Made by a program: the position numbers and the translations under genes
In this document: one piece after another, positions 10,924-19,608 of the stretch
Layout of the letters: each line of letters opens with the position of its first letter
Numbering within the stretch: position 1 is the stretch's first letter
Assembly (NCBI GenBank): GCA_944386675.1
Contig: CALXBY010000002.1
Span: 8,298 to 72,297, forward strand
Direction: 5' to 3'
Length of the DNA stretch: 64,000 bases
Origin: an uncultured Clostridia bacterium
GTDB taxonomy: Bacteria > Bacillota > Clostridia > TANB77 > CAG-508
Notes under the pieces: generated by a model
Seen by the model: only the letters and a program-made list of their open reading frames with translations
Databases searched by the model: none
What the model was told of the DNA's origin: nothing

Positions 10924-11646
10924 ATGGAAATAAAAGAATTTTCTGATTTAATGATAACATATGGAGAAGATTTAGAAATAAAGTTTACAGAGGAACAATT
11001 AGAACAATTTTATAACTATATGAATATGTTGATTGAATGGAACGAAAAAATAAATTTAACAGCAATTATTGAGCCAAAAGAAATTATCTTAAAACATTTT
11101 ATAGATTCTTTAACAATTTTGAAATATATAGATAAAAATAAGAAAGTTATAGATATAGGAACGGGAGCTGGTTTTCCGGGAATACCTTTAAAAATTATGA
11201 GAAAAGATATAGAAGTGACACTATTAGATTCTTTAAATAAAAGGATACAATTTCTTAATGAGGTTATAATACAGTTGAAACTAGAAAAAATATATACAGT
11301 TCATTCTAGAATTGAAGACTATGGTAAAAATAAACAGTATAGAGAAAAATATGATGTTGTGACCTCAAGAGCAGTAGCAAACTTATCAACTTTATCAGAA
11401 TATATGTTACCAATGATAAAAGTGGAAGGAAAAAGCATATGTATGAAAGGTGTAGAAATTGAGGATGAATTAACTAAAAGTAAGAATGCTATAAAAATAT
11501 TAGGTGGAAAAGTAGTACAAATACAAAAATTAAATCTTCCTAAAAGTGACAATGGAAGGAACATAATTATAATAGAAAAGGTAAAAAATACACCAACTAA
11601 ATATCCAAGAAAAGCTGGAGTTCCTTCAAAAACACCTATTTCATAA
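10924..11646 (+). CDS. rsmG: 16S rRNA (guanine527-N7)-methyltransferase RsmG
   Basis: 240 aa with the SAM motif DIGTGAGFPGIPL. It follows mnmG. Confidence 0.92.
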   Translation: MEIKEFSDLMITYGEDLEIKFTEEQLEQFYNYMNMLIEWNEKINLTAIIEPKEIILKHFIDSLTILKYIDKNKKVIDIGTGAGFPGIPLKIMRKDIEVTLLDSLNKRIQFLNEVIIQLKLEKIYTVHSRIEDYGKNKQYREKYDVVTSRAVANLSTLSEYMLPMIKVEGKSICMKGVEIEDELTKSKNAIKILGGKVVQIQKLNLPKSDNGRNIIIIEKVKNTPTKYPRKAGVPSKTPIS

Positions 11647-11782
11647 AACACAAAATAAACTAGAAAAAAAGTCAAAAAAATTAAAGATTTTTATTGACTT
11701 TTTTTTTATATTTATATATGATTATAATAGAATATATAGAAACTAAAGAGTAAATATTAACTAAAAATGGAGGCGAGAAATT

Positions 11783-12571
11783 TTGGGAAAAGTTATATCA
11801 GTTGCAAACCAAAAAGGAGGCGTTGGTAAAACGACTACAACCGTTAATTTAAGTACAATATTAGCGAAAAAAGGAAAAAAGGTATTATTAATAGATGCTG
11901 ACCCTCAAGGAAATGCTACTAGTGGATTGGGAATAGAAAAAGAGGTAGAATTTTCTACATATGACATACTTGTAAATGATACAGAAATAAAAGATGCTCT
12001 TCAAAAAACAATGATAAAAAATTTAATACTTTGCCCATCAAATATGAGTTTAGCAGGAGCAGAGGTTGAATTAGTATCCATGATGTCAAGAGAGCAAAGA
12101 TTAAAGGAAAAATTAGAAGAAGTAAAAGATGTTTTTGATTATATTTTCATTGATTGTCCACCATCTTTAGGTTTAATCACATTAAATGCATTTACTGCAT
12201 CAGACAGTGTATTAATACCTGTACAATGTGAATATTTTGCACTTGAAGGACTAGGACAATTGTTAAATACTGTAAATTTGGTTAAAAAACATCTAAATAA
12301 AGAAATAATGATTGAAGGTGCGTTACTTACAATGTATGACATAAGAACAAATTTATCTAATCAAGTAGTAAAAGAAGTTAAAAGATATTTCAATGAAAAG
12401 GTATACAAGACTGTAATACCAAGAAATGTAAGATTAAGTGAAGCTCCAAGTTATGGGATGCCTATAACAGAATATGATCCAAAATCAAAAGGGGCAAAAG
12501 CATATATAAAATTTGCAAAAGAATTTTTAAAAATAAACGAAGAAGAGAAAAAAGCGAAACATATGATATAA
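11783..12571 (+). CDS. soj: ParA/Soj chromosome partitioning ATPase (TTG start)
   Basis: Deviant Walker A NQKGGVGKTTT, 262 aa, upstream of parB. Confidence 0.92.
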   Translation: MGKVISVANQKGGVGKTTTTVNLSTILAKKGKKVLLIDADPQGNATSGLGIEKEVEFSTYDILVNDTEIKDALQKTMIKNLILCPSNMSLAGAEVELVSMMSREQRLKEKLEEVKDVFDYIFIDCPPSLGLITLNAFTASDSVLIPVQCEYFALEGLGQLLNTVNLVKKHLNKEIMIEGALLTMYDIRTNLSNQVVKEVKRYFNEKVYKTVIPRNVRLSEAPSYGMPITEYDPKSKGAKAYIKFAKEFLKINEEEKKAKHMI

Positions 12572-12585
12572 AGGAGGAGTTGTAA

Positions 12586-13425
12586 ATGGCTAAAATGTCA
12601 GGCTTAGGAAAGGGATTAGATGCTTTATTTGGACCAGCTCCAGAAGAAGAACAAATCCAAGAAAATGATATTTTAAAAAATTTGAAAGTAACAGAGGTTG
12701 AACCTAATAGAGATCAACCGAGAAAAAACTTTGATCAAGAGGCATTAGAAGAATTAGCTGAATCAATAAAAGAATATGGCTTGATACAACCAATTGTTGT
12801 AACTAAAAAAGATGGATATTATGGGATTATTGCAGGGGAAAGAAGATGGAGAGCTTCAAAAATTGCAGGATTAACAGAAATTCCAGCAATTATTAGAGAA
12901 GATAATGAAAGAATAAATTCTGAAATTTCTTTGATAGAAAATATGCAAAGAGAAGACTTAAATCCTTATGAAAAAGCATTAGGAGTTAGAACCTTAATTG
13001 ACAATTATGGATTGTCACAAGAAGAAGTTGCTAAAAAATTAGGAAAAGGAAGAAGCACAATTGCAAACATTGTTAGGATTTTGAATTTGGAACCTCGTGT
13101 ATTAGAAATGGCAAAAGAAGGAAAATTAACAGAAGGACATTGCAAAGCATTACTTGCAATAACAGATCCAGAAAAACAATATAAAACAGCTATACAAATG
13201 TTAGAAAGAGGAGCAACAGTAAGACAAGTTGAGAAAAAGGCTAGAGTTAAAGAAACTAAAGAAGAATCAGACAGAAACCATATATTATATAAAAGTATAG
13301 AAGATAATTTTCAAAGCTTCTTTGGCTCTAAGGTAAGATTAGATGCGGGAAAAAGAAGGGGAAAAATTATTATAGAATATACATCAAACGATGATTTAGA
13401 AAGAATATTAGGCTTAATAAAGTAA
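12586..13425 (+). CDS. spo0J: ParB/Spo0J chromosome partitioning protein
   Basis: 279 aa with the ParB box GERRWRA and an HTH. Confidence 0.92.
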   Translation: MAKMSGLGKGLDALFGPAPEEEQIQENDILKNLKVTEVEPNRDQPRKNFDQEALEELAESIKEYGLIQPIVVTKKDGYYGIIAGERRWRASKIAGLTEIPAIIREDNERINSEISLIENMQREDLNPYEKALGVRTLIDNYGLSQEEVAKKLGKGRSTIANIVRILNLEPRVLEMAKEGKLTEGHCKALLAITDPEKQYKTAIQMLERGATVRQVEKKARVKETKEESDRNHILYKSIEDNFQSFFGSKVRLDAGKRRGKIIIEYTSNDDLERILGLIK

Positions 13426-13443
13426 AAGGAAAGGTGATTTTAA

Positions 13444-13962
13444 ATGGATAGTATAATTGAATTTTTAAAAACAGATAATTTTTTGGTTTTAATAACGATT
13501 GTGGTAAGTTTATTGATAATAGGCTTTATTATAATGATAGCAAAACTTTTTTCTATTAATAAAAAATATAAAACTTTTCTAAATAAATTAGGAAATGGAG
13601 AAAATATAGAAGAAGATTTAGAAAATTATATGTATAGAGTTGAAAGAGTAGAGAAACAAAATATGGAAATAAGAAATCTAGTAGATTCTATAGATAAAAA
13701 TCTAGAAAGTTGCATCCAAAAAATAGGAATTGTTAGATATAATGCGTTTAAAGATACAGGAAGTGATTTGAGTTTTGCACTTGCAATGTTAGATGAAAAT
13801 AATAATGGTGTTGTATTAAACGGTATTTATTCAAGAGAAATGTCTAATATATATGCAAAACCTGTACAAAATGGAAAATCTAATTACACAATTTCTGAAG
13901 AAGAAAAAGAAGCCATTCAAAAAGCAATGGATAATCAAAATATTTATAAGGTAAAAGAATAA
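13444..13962 (+). CDS. Membrane-anchored protein, DUF4446-like (commonly follows parB in Clostridia)
   Basis: 172 aa with an N-terminal TM segment. The family assignment is from memory of the IGIVRYNAF...SFALA region, not from a search. Confidence 0.55.
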   Translation: MDSIIEFLKTDNFLVLITIVVSLLIIGFIIMIAKLFSINKKYKTFLNKLGNGENIEEDLENYMYRVERVEKQNMEIRNLVDSIDKNLESCIQKIGIVRYNAFKDTGSDLSFALAMLDENNNGVVLNGIYSREMSNIYAKPVQNGKSNYTISEEEKEAIQKAMDNQNIYKVKE

Positions 13963-15431
13963 TGAATAAAATAATAAGGAAAATAAAGGAAAAAGATAAT
14001 ATAATTGTTTTTTTGATAATTTTTTTAATTACAATTGGAATTAGTTTGAACATTAGTATACAAGCAAGTGATGAAATATGGAATTTCCAAAGTGTATATA
14101 AAATGTATAATGGATTTAAAATTTATCAAGATATGAATGTAATTATTACTCCTTTATTTTTTTTGTTGGCAGAAGGTATTTTTCATATTTTTGGAGCAAA
14201 TTTATTTGTATTTAGAATAAGCCAGTGTTTCGAATGTACAATTTTATATATCTTTATATACAAATTGATGAAAAAAATAGGTATATCTAAAAATATTTCA
14301 TTAGTAACTGTTTTTATAATGATATTACAAGGCAAGTTTTTTACTTTACGAATGTGTTTTAATTATAATATTATGGCCTTTATGTTTTGTGTAATTGGTA
14401 TATATCTTCTAATAAAAGACAATAATAAGAAAAATTATCTAATACAAGCTATTATGACAGTAATTATCTTTTTGACAAAGCAAAACATAGGAATCTATTA
14501 TATGATGGGAATTCTATTGTATATTTTTATAGAAGATAATGAGAAAAAAATAAAAATAAAAGAAAGTCTTAAATATATTTTAACTGTTGCATTTTTTATG
14601 TGCATATTTTTAATAATTATGCTAATAGACCATAATTTAGAAAATTTCTTAAATTATGCATTTGGTGGAATTATTGAATTTGCAAAAGAAAATTTACTTA
14701 CTAATATAGGGAATATAACTTGTTTTGCTCTAATTGTAGGACTTAGTATAGCACTAGGGATTATTTCAACAAATGTAAAAGTTTTTAATAGTACACAAAT
14801 AAGAAATATAAAAATTTTGTCGATATTTTCTGGCGTTATGGCTATGATGGCATATCCGATATTTAATTGGGCGCACATTTGGTTAGGCATACATATAGCC
14901 ATTATAAATATTATATATGTAATATATTTAATATTTGAAGATTTTATAAATATCATTATCAAGATTTCAAAATATGTAAGTGTTTTACTGACTATATTTC
15001 TTATTGCAAGTTCTTTTAATAATTTATATGAATGGTTCAGTGCTGTTAACGATGAAAAATATCCATATAAGTGGGAAGATCCATTTTTTGGGGGAATGCT
15101 ATCAAAGGAAACATATGATACCAATCAAAAAGTAATAGACTATATTCAAAATAATGATAAAAGAGTAATTATATTATCAAATAAAGCAGCTTTATATATG
15201 ATTCCATTAAAACAAAATAATGGTGAATTTGATTTACCATTTAAAGGAAATCTAGGGAGAGATGGAGAACAAGGCTTAATTAGAAAAATTGATAATTTGA
15301 AAGATACACAAATTTTAATAACGAAAGATAAAGAAGATGATATTTATCAAGAGATATCAGAAATAAAAGAATATGTAAAACAGACAAAAAAATATGTAGG
15401 AGATATTGAAAAATTTGAAATTTATGAGTAA
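13962..15431 (+). CDS. Polytopic membrane protein, possibly an ArnT/PMT-like (GT39-type) glycosyltransferase
   Basis: 489 aa with more than 10 hydrophobic segments followed by a soluble C-terminal domain. The function is a weak guess from architecture. Confidence 0.4.
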   Translation: MNKIIRKIKEKDNIIVFLIIFLITIGISLNISIQASDEIWNFQSVYKMYNGFKIYQDMNVIITPLFFLLAEGIFHIFGANLFVFRISQCFECTILYIFIYKLMKKIGISKNISLVTVFIMILQGKFFTLRMCFNYNIMAFMFCVIGIYLLIKDNNKKNYLIQAIMTVIIFLTKQNIGIYYMMGILLYIFIEDNEKKIKIKESLKYILTVAFFMCIFLIIMLIDHNLENFLNYAFGGIIEFAKENLLTNIGNITCFALIVGLSIALGIISTNVKVFNSTQIRNIKILSIFSGVMAMMAYPIFNWAHIWLGIHIAIINIIYVIYLIFEDFINIIIKISKYVSVLLTIFLIASSFNNLYEWFSAVNDEKYPYKWEDPFFGGMLSKETYDTNQKVIDYIQNNDKRVIILSNKAALYMIPLKQNNGEFDLPFKGNLGRDGEQGLIRKIDNLKDTQILITKDKEDDIYQEISEIKEYVKQTKKYVGDIEKFEIYE

Positions 15432-15547
15432 TTAGAAAGAAAATGAAGATAATAAAATTGAAAATAAAAAAATCCTGAAATTACTATTGACAAATGCCGA
15501 TAGAAATGCTAATATAAATACTGTCGCTGGACATTTGTCTTCGATAT

Positions 15548-15639
<92 letters not shown>

Positions 15640-15691
15640 AAACAAAATATAAAGTTAGATATCAAAAATATCTAACTTTTAATATATAAAT

Positions 15692-15781
15692 GGAGAAATA
15701 CCCAAGTGGTGAAGGGGACAGTTTGCTAAACTGTTAGGTCTCGTAAGGGGCGCGAGGGTTCGAACCCCTCTTTCTCCGCCA
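15692..15781 (+). tRNA. tRNA-Ser (anticodon GCT)
   Basis: GGAGAAA.../...TTTCTCC plus GCCA, anticodon stem ACAGT/ACTGT with loop TTGCTAA, long variable arm, T-arm GGTTCGAACCC. Confidence 0.9.
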
Positions 15782-15787
15782 ATAAAA

Positions 15788-15823
15788 AACATTAGAGTTT
15801 TCTAATGTTTTTCTATTTTTTTA
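15788..15823 (+). terminator. Rho-independent terminator after the tRNA-Ser pair
   Basis: Stem AACATTAGA / TCTAATGTT with loop GTTT, followed by a T-run. Confidence 0.7.
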
Positions 15824-15923
15824 TGTTAAAAAAAATTGTTTTATTTTATATATATAAGAATGGTTTATCAATGTTAAAATGAATCAGGCTCCTTCATAAA
15901 GAAGGAGCCAAGGAACATACTCT

Positions 15924-16046
15924 TTACACAGAGCAAGCAAAAAACAATACAATTATTCCTAAAAGAAGCAAAACACCACCGGCTTTTTTCCATCCCTTTA
16001 CGAGACAGAAGATGCTAAGTGCCAATATTATAATTGCCCGTATCAT
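15924..16046 (-). CDS. Small hydrophobic protein (40 aa), hypothetical
   Basis: Manual translation gives MIRAIIILALSIFCLVKGWKKAGGVLLLLGIIVLFFACSV. RBS GGAGG lies 7 nt upstream. Hairpin GGCTCCTTC-ataaa-GAAGGAGCC lies downstream. Codon 3 is an in-frame CGG. Confidence 0.35.
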   Translation of the reverse strand: MIRAIIILALSIFCLVKGWKKAGGVLLLLGIIVLFFACSV

Positions 16047-16160
16047 ATTTTTTCCTCCAATCTAGAATTTTCTATATAAATATAGTATACTCCAATTAAC
16101 ATAAAAAGTCAAAAATAACATTACAACCGTATTACAAAAACATTACTTTTTAGTTACATG

Positions 16161-16189
16161 TTGAAAAATAGAAAAAAACATAGTATAAT
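16161..16189 (+). promoter_or_regulatory. Sigma-A type promoter ahead of pilin paralog 1
   Basis: TTGAAA (16161-16166), a 17-nt spacer, then TATAAT (16184-16189). Confidence 0.55.
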
Positions 16190-16212
16190 AAAATTAAAAG
16201 GAAAAAAAGAAG

Positions 16213-16563
16213 ATGAAAAGTAAGAATAAGAAAATAATTGTCATACTGATAATCAGTATAATTTTATTAATTTTATTTATGGGAAATGTATCAGCTGCAA
16301 TAAATCCAGATGATTACAAACCACCGCAAATTAGTAGCGGAGGAAAACTTGCAACAATCGGTAATAAGATAATAGGTGGAATTCAATATCTGGGAAGTAT
16401 TATATCTGTTATTGTGCTTATCATTATAGGTATAAAATACATTATTGGAAGCACAGAGGAAAAAGCTGAATATAAAGAAACAATGGTACCTTATGTAATT
16501 GGAGCAGTTTTTGTATTTGCTGTAAGTAATATATTGGCAGTTATAGCAGCTATTTTCTCATAG
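16213..16563 (+). CDS. VirB2/TrbC-like T4SS pilin paralog 1
   Basis: Signal peptide (..GNVSA|A) followed by two hydrophobic helices flanking the charged loop GIKYIIGSTEEKAEYKETMVPYVIG shared by all four paralogs. Confidence 0.65.
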   Translation: MKSKNKKIIVILIISIILLILFMGNVSAAINPDDYKPPQISSGGKLATIGNKIIGGIQYLGSIISVIVLIIIGIKYIIGSTEEKAEYKETMVPYVIGAVFVFAVSNILAVIAAIFS

Positions 16564-16576
16564 GCAGGTGATAAGA

Positions 16577-16933
16577 ATGAATGTAAAATTGAAAAAAACA
16601 ATAAAAATAGGTTTGGTATTAATTTTATTAATAATTATATTTATAAATTTTTATCAGGTTAGTGCTTTTGGATTTGAGGATTTAGGAGGAACATCTGTTA
16701 CTAACGATGAGGCTAAAACAGTTGGAAATAGAATTATAACATTAATTAGTACAGCAGGATCCATTATATCTGTAATTGTGTTAGTAGTTTTAGGAATAAA
16801 GTATATGATGGGAAGCGCTGAAGAAAAGGCTGAATATAAATCTTCACTAATGCCATATGTAATTGGGTCTATGATTGTGTTTGCAGCATCAACAATTGCA
16901 GGAATTATATATCAAATGGCAAGCAACTTTTAG
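16577..16933 (+). CDS. VirB2/TrbC-like T4SS pilin paralog 2
   Basis: Same architecture, loop GIKYMMGSAEEKAEYKSSLMPYVIG. ATG 16577 is preferred (RBS AGGTGA) over the track's GTG at 16568. Confidence 0.65.
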   Translation: MNVKLKKTIKIGLVLILLIIIFINFYQVSAFGFEDLGGTSVTNDEAKTVGNRIITLISTAGSIISVIVLVVLGIKYMMGSAEEKAEYKSSLMPYVIGSMIVFAASTIAGIIYQMASNF

Positions 16934-16944
16934 AAAAAGAAAGA

Positions 16945-16973
16945 TTGAAATTTATAAATATATATGATATAAT
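16945..16973 (+). promoter_or_regulatory. Sigma-A type promoter (extended -10) ahead of pilin paralog 3
   Basis: TTGAAA (16945-16950), a 17-nt spacer, then TGaTATAAT (-10 at 16968-16973). Confidence 0.6.
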
Positions 16974-17040
16974 TAAGGTATTAAAATATGTTATTTAATT
17001 TTTAATATTAATATAAAAAATAAAAAGGGAGGAAATAATT

Positions 17041-17412
17041 ATGAAAAAGAGTGTAAAAATGATGGTAACTATAGCTATGATGACCATATTAATGGTTGCT
17101 ATGTTTTTAAACGTATATTCTTTTGCTGCAACAGCTGCACCAAATCCTAATACTTTTTCAGGTGATTCAAACACTAGTGTATCAGGTATCAACAAAATTG
17201 GTAACCAAATTATAACAATTGTTAGTACAGTAGGTTCTATTGCATCTGTTATTGTATTAGTTGTTTTAGGTCTTAAATATATGATGGGTAGTGCAGAAGA
17301 AAAAGCAGAATACAAAAAAACATTATTACCTTATGTAATTGGTGCCGCATTAGTTTTCGCAGCATCTGCTATATCTGGAATTATCTTTGGATTTACTCAA
17401 AACTTAGGCTAA
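17041..17412 (+). CDS. VirB2/TrbC-like T4SS pilin paralog 3 (candidate major subunit)
   Basis: Loop GLKYMMGSAEEKAEYKKTLLPYVIG and strong RBS GGGAGG. The gene has its own promoter and terminator. Confidence 0.65.
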   Translation: MKKSVKMMVTIAMMTILMVAMFLNVYSFAATAAPNPNTFSGDSNTSVSGINKIGNQIITIVSTVGSIASVIVLVVLGLKYMMGSAEEKAEYKKTLLPYVIGAALVFAASAISGIIFGFTQNLG

Positions 17413-17435
17413 TCAATAAAAATAAAAATATAAGA

Positions 17436-17476
17436 AAAGATAGAGATAAATTTAGTTTATTTCTATCTTTTTTTAT
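17436..17476 (+). terminator. Rho-independent terminator after pilin paralog 3
   Basis: Stem AAAGATAGA / TCTATCTTT with a 17-nt loop, followed by TTTTTT. Confidence 0.6.
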
Positions 17477-17498
17477 GCAAATATATGTACGAATTTTG

Positions 17499-17527
17499 TT
17501 GAAAAAATAGTTAAAATATTATATAAT
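17499..17527 (+). promoter_or_regulatory. Sigma-A type promoter ahead of pilin paralog 4
   Basis: TTGAAA (17499-17504), a 17-nt spacer, then TATAAT (17522-17527). Confidence 0.55.
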
Positions 17528-17567
17528 AAATATAATAGGGATTTAAAATAAAAGGCGGTGATAGCGC

Positions 17568-17940
17568 ATGTTAAAAAAAGTGATTTTTATATTTATGATA
17601 ATATGTTTATTAAGTTTGGGATTTGCTAATCAAATCGTATATGCTTCTGAAGTGGATTCTATCATTAGTGACGCAGATAATTTTATTAATCAGCGGTAGT
17701 AATGGTATGATAGATGCAGGAGGTTTAAAAACATTTTCAGATACAATATATAATACATTATTGTTAATAGGAATGGTTATAGCCGTAATTATTGGAACAA
17801 TTATTGGTATTAAATTTATGATGTCTTCTGTTGAAGAAAAAGCAAAATTGAAAGAGATTCTTATTGTATATGTTGTAGGCTGTATTGTCTTAGTGGGAGC
17901 ATTTTCAATTTGGAAAATTATCATTACCATTATGAGCTAA
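17568..17940 (+). CDS. VirB2/TrbC-like T4SS pilin paralog 4, interrupted by a +1 frame break at CGG 17694-17696
   Basis: Frame 0 from ATG 17568 encodes a signal peptide, MLKKVIFIFMIICLLSLGFANQIVYASEVDSIISDADNFINQ, then CGG TAG TAA. The +1 frame from 17695 reads GSNGMIDAGGLK...GIKFMMSSVEEKAKLKEILIVYVVG, which is the paralogous pilin body. Confidence 0.6.
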
Positions 17941-18055
17941 AATGTTACAAAACCATTACTAATGTATTACATTTTGCATAATTCTAAGAATTATAACACA
18001 AAAGAAAGAAAAATTGTTATAATATAGTTAATATAATGATTTTAAGGAGGAATAT

Positions 18056-18397
18056 ATGGGAACGTATAATATACCTAGAAATGTAAAAGGTGAAGGAAGA
18101 ATTTTATATGTCTTTTCTACAAAAGCATTACTATATACTTTTATAGGAGCTGCTATAGGCGGATTATTTTATTTGATTTTTAGTACTATAGGACTTACCA
18201 TGTTGGGATTAATTTTTGTAGTCATTTTTGGAGCGATAGGATTTGCAATAGGTACATTTAAAGTTCCTAAAATAAGAATGATAAAATCCATAAATGATAT
18301 AAGTGGAGAAAATATTGATGAAATTATAAAAAGATATATTAAATTTAAAAATAAAAAACAAAAGAGATATATATTATTTACGAAGGAGGAAAAATAA
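18056..18397 (+). CDS. PrgI-family (VirB3-like) small membrane protein
   Basis: 113 aa, N-terminal YNIPRNVKGEGRILYVFSTKALLY followed by two TM helices. It lies directly upstream of the VirB4 region. RBS AAGGAGG. Confidence 0.65.
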   Translation: MGTYNIPRNVKGEGRILYVFSTKALLYTFIGAAIGGLFYLIFSTIGLTMLGLIFVVIFGAIGFAIGTFKVPKIRMIKSINDISGENIDEIIKRYIKFKNKKQKRYILFTKEEK

Positions 18398-19608
18398 TGG
18401 AAGATAATCAAATTGCAAATCTATTAACAATCTTTTTAGCAATATTTGGAGTAATACTAGTCACACTTATCATTGTATATGTTGTTTTGCTGTTGCGAAC
18501 TAAAAAGAAAAACGAAGAGGTAGAAAAAAAAGAAAATTCTAATAAGGTAACAGCAAAAAAAGTAGAAGGAAAAAATAATATAGATACTACTAATATAGAT
18601 AAGTTTATGGAATTTGAAAAAATAGAAGATAATATGATTATACAAAAGGAAAATCAAAAATACATAATGGTAGTAGAATGCCAAGGTGTAAACTATGATT
18701 TAATGTCAGGTATTGAAAAAAATGGAGTTGAAGAAGGATTCCTTCAATTTTTAAATACATTAAGACATCCTATACAAATTTACATACAAACGAGGACTAT
18801 AAACTTAGAAAGTAGCATAAATACTTATAAAAAAAGAGTTCATCAAATAGAGGAAGAACTATATAGAAGACAACAAGAATATCAAATGTTAATGGAAAAT
18901 GATAATGCATCAAAAGAAGATAAGCAAAAGGCTTTTTATGCATTAACAAAACAAAGAAATTTGTATGAATATGGTATTGATATTATAAATGATACAGAAA
19001 AAATGAGTCAGAACAGTAATATTTTAAATAAAAAATATTATATTATAATTCCTTTTTATGTTTCAGATTTAGGAGAAAACGAGTTTAATGATGATGAAAT
19101 AAGAAACATGGCCTTCTCAGAACTTTATACAAGAGCTCAAGCGATTATAAGAACATTATCAGCTTGTGACGTAAAAGGAAAAATATTAAATTCAAAAGAG
19201 TTAGTAGAATTATTATATGTAGCATACAATAGAGAACATGAAGAAAGCTATAATTTTGATAGAGCATTAAGAGCACAATATGATAAATTATATACTACTT
19301 CAGAAGATGTTTATAAGAAGAAAATGAGAGAACTTGATAGACAAATAGAAGAAAATGCTATTCAAAAAGCTAGAGAAAATATTGATATAGCAAGATCAGA
19401 ATTAGAAAAACAAGCAAAAGAAAAAGAAGATAGAATGGAAGAGCTAATTAATGAAATGGCAAAAATTATTCTTGAAGGAAATAAAGAATACTTAGGAGAA
19501 GAAATTGTAGAAAAAGCCTCAGAAAATATTGATAAAGAAAATAAAGTAAAGAAGGAGGGTAAAAATGAAGAAGAGAAAAACACAAGAAGAAATAATACCA
19601 GAAAATAA
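18397..19608 (+). CDS. Membrane-anchored coiled-coil protein with a VirB4-N-terminal-like segment, T4SS component of unknown role
   Basis: 403 aa with an N-terminal TM. The stretch YIMVVECQGVNYDLMSGIEKNGVEEGFLQFLNTLRHPIQIYIQTRT resembles the N-domain pattern of Gram-positive VirB4 proteins. It has a K/E-rich coiled C-terminus and no Walker motif. TAATG start overlap with the preceding gene. Confidence 0.45.
   Translation: MEDNQIANLLTIFLAIFGVILVTLIIVYVVLLLRTKKKNEEVEKKENSNKVTAKKVEGKNNIDTTNIDKFMEFEKIEDNMIIQKENQKYIMVVECQGVNYDLMSGIEKNGVEEGFLQFLNTLRHPIQIYIQTRTINLESSINTYKKRVHQIEEELYRRQQEYQMLMENDNASKEDKQKAFYALTKQRNLYEYGIDIINDTEKMSQNSNILNKKYYIIIPFYVSDLGENEFNDDEIRNMAFSELYTRAQAIIRTLSACDVKGKILNSKELVELLYVAYNREHEESYNFDRALRAQYDKLYTTSEDVYKKKMRELDRQIEENAIQKARENIDIARSELEKQAKEKEDRMEELINEMAKIILEGNKEYLGEEIVEKASENIDKENKVKKEGKNEEEKNTRRNNTRK

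Noticed and set aside
16995-17930. 106-aa minus-strand ORFs (16995-17315 and 17610-17930) opposite pilin paralogs 3 and 4
   Set aside because: They are antisense shadows of hydrophobic pilin genes. The plus-strand genes have RBSs, promoters and paralogy support.
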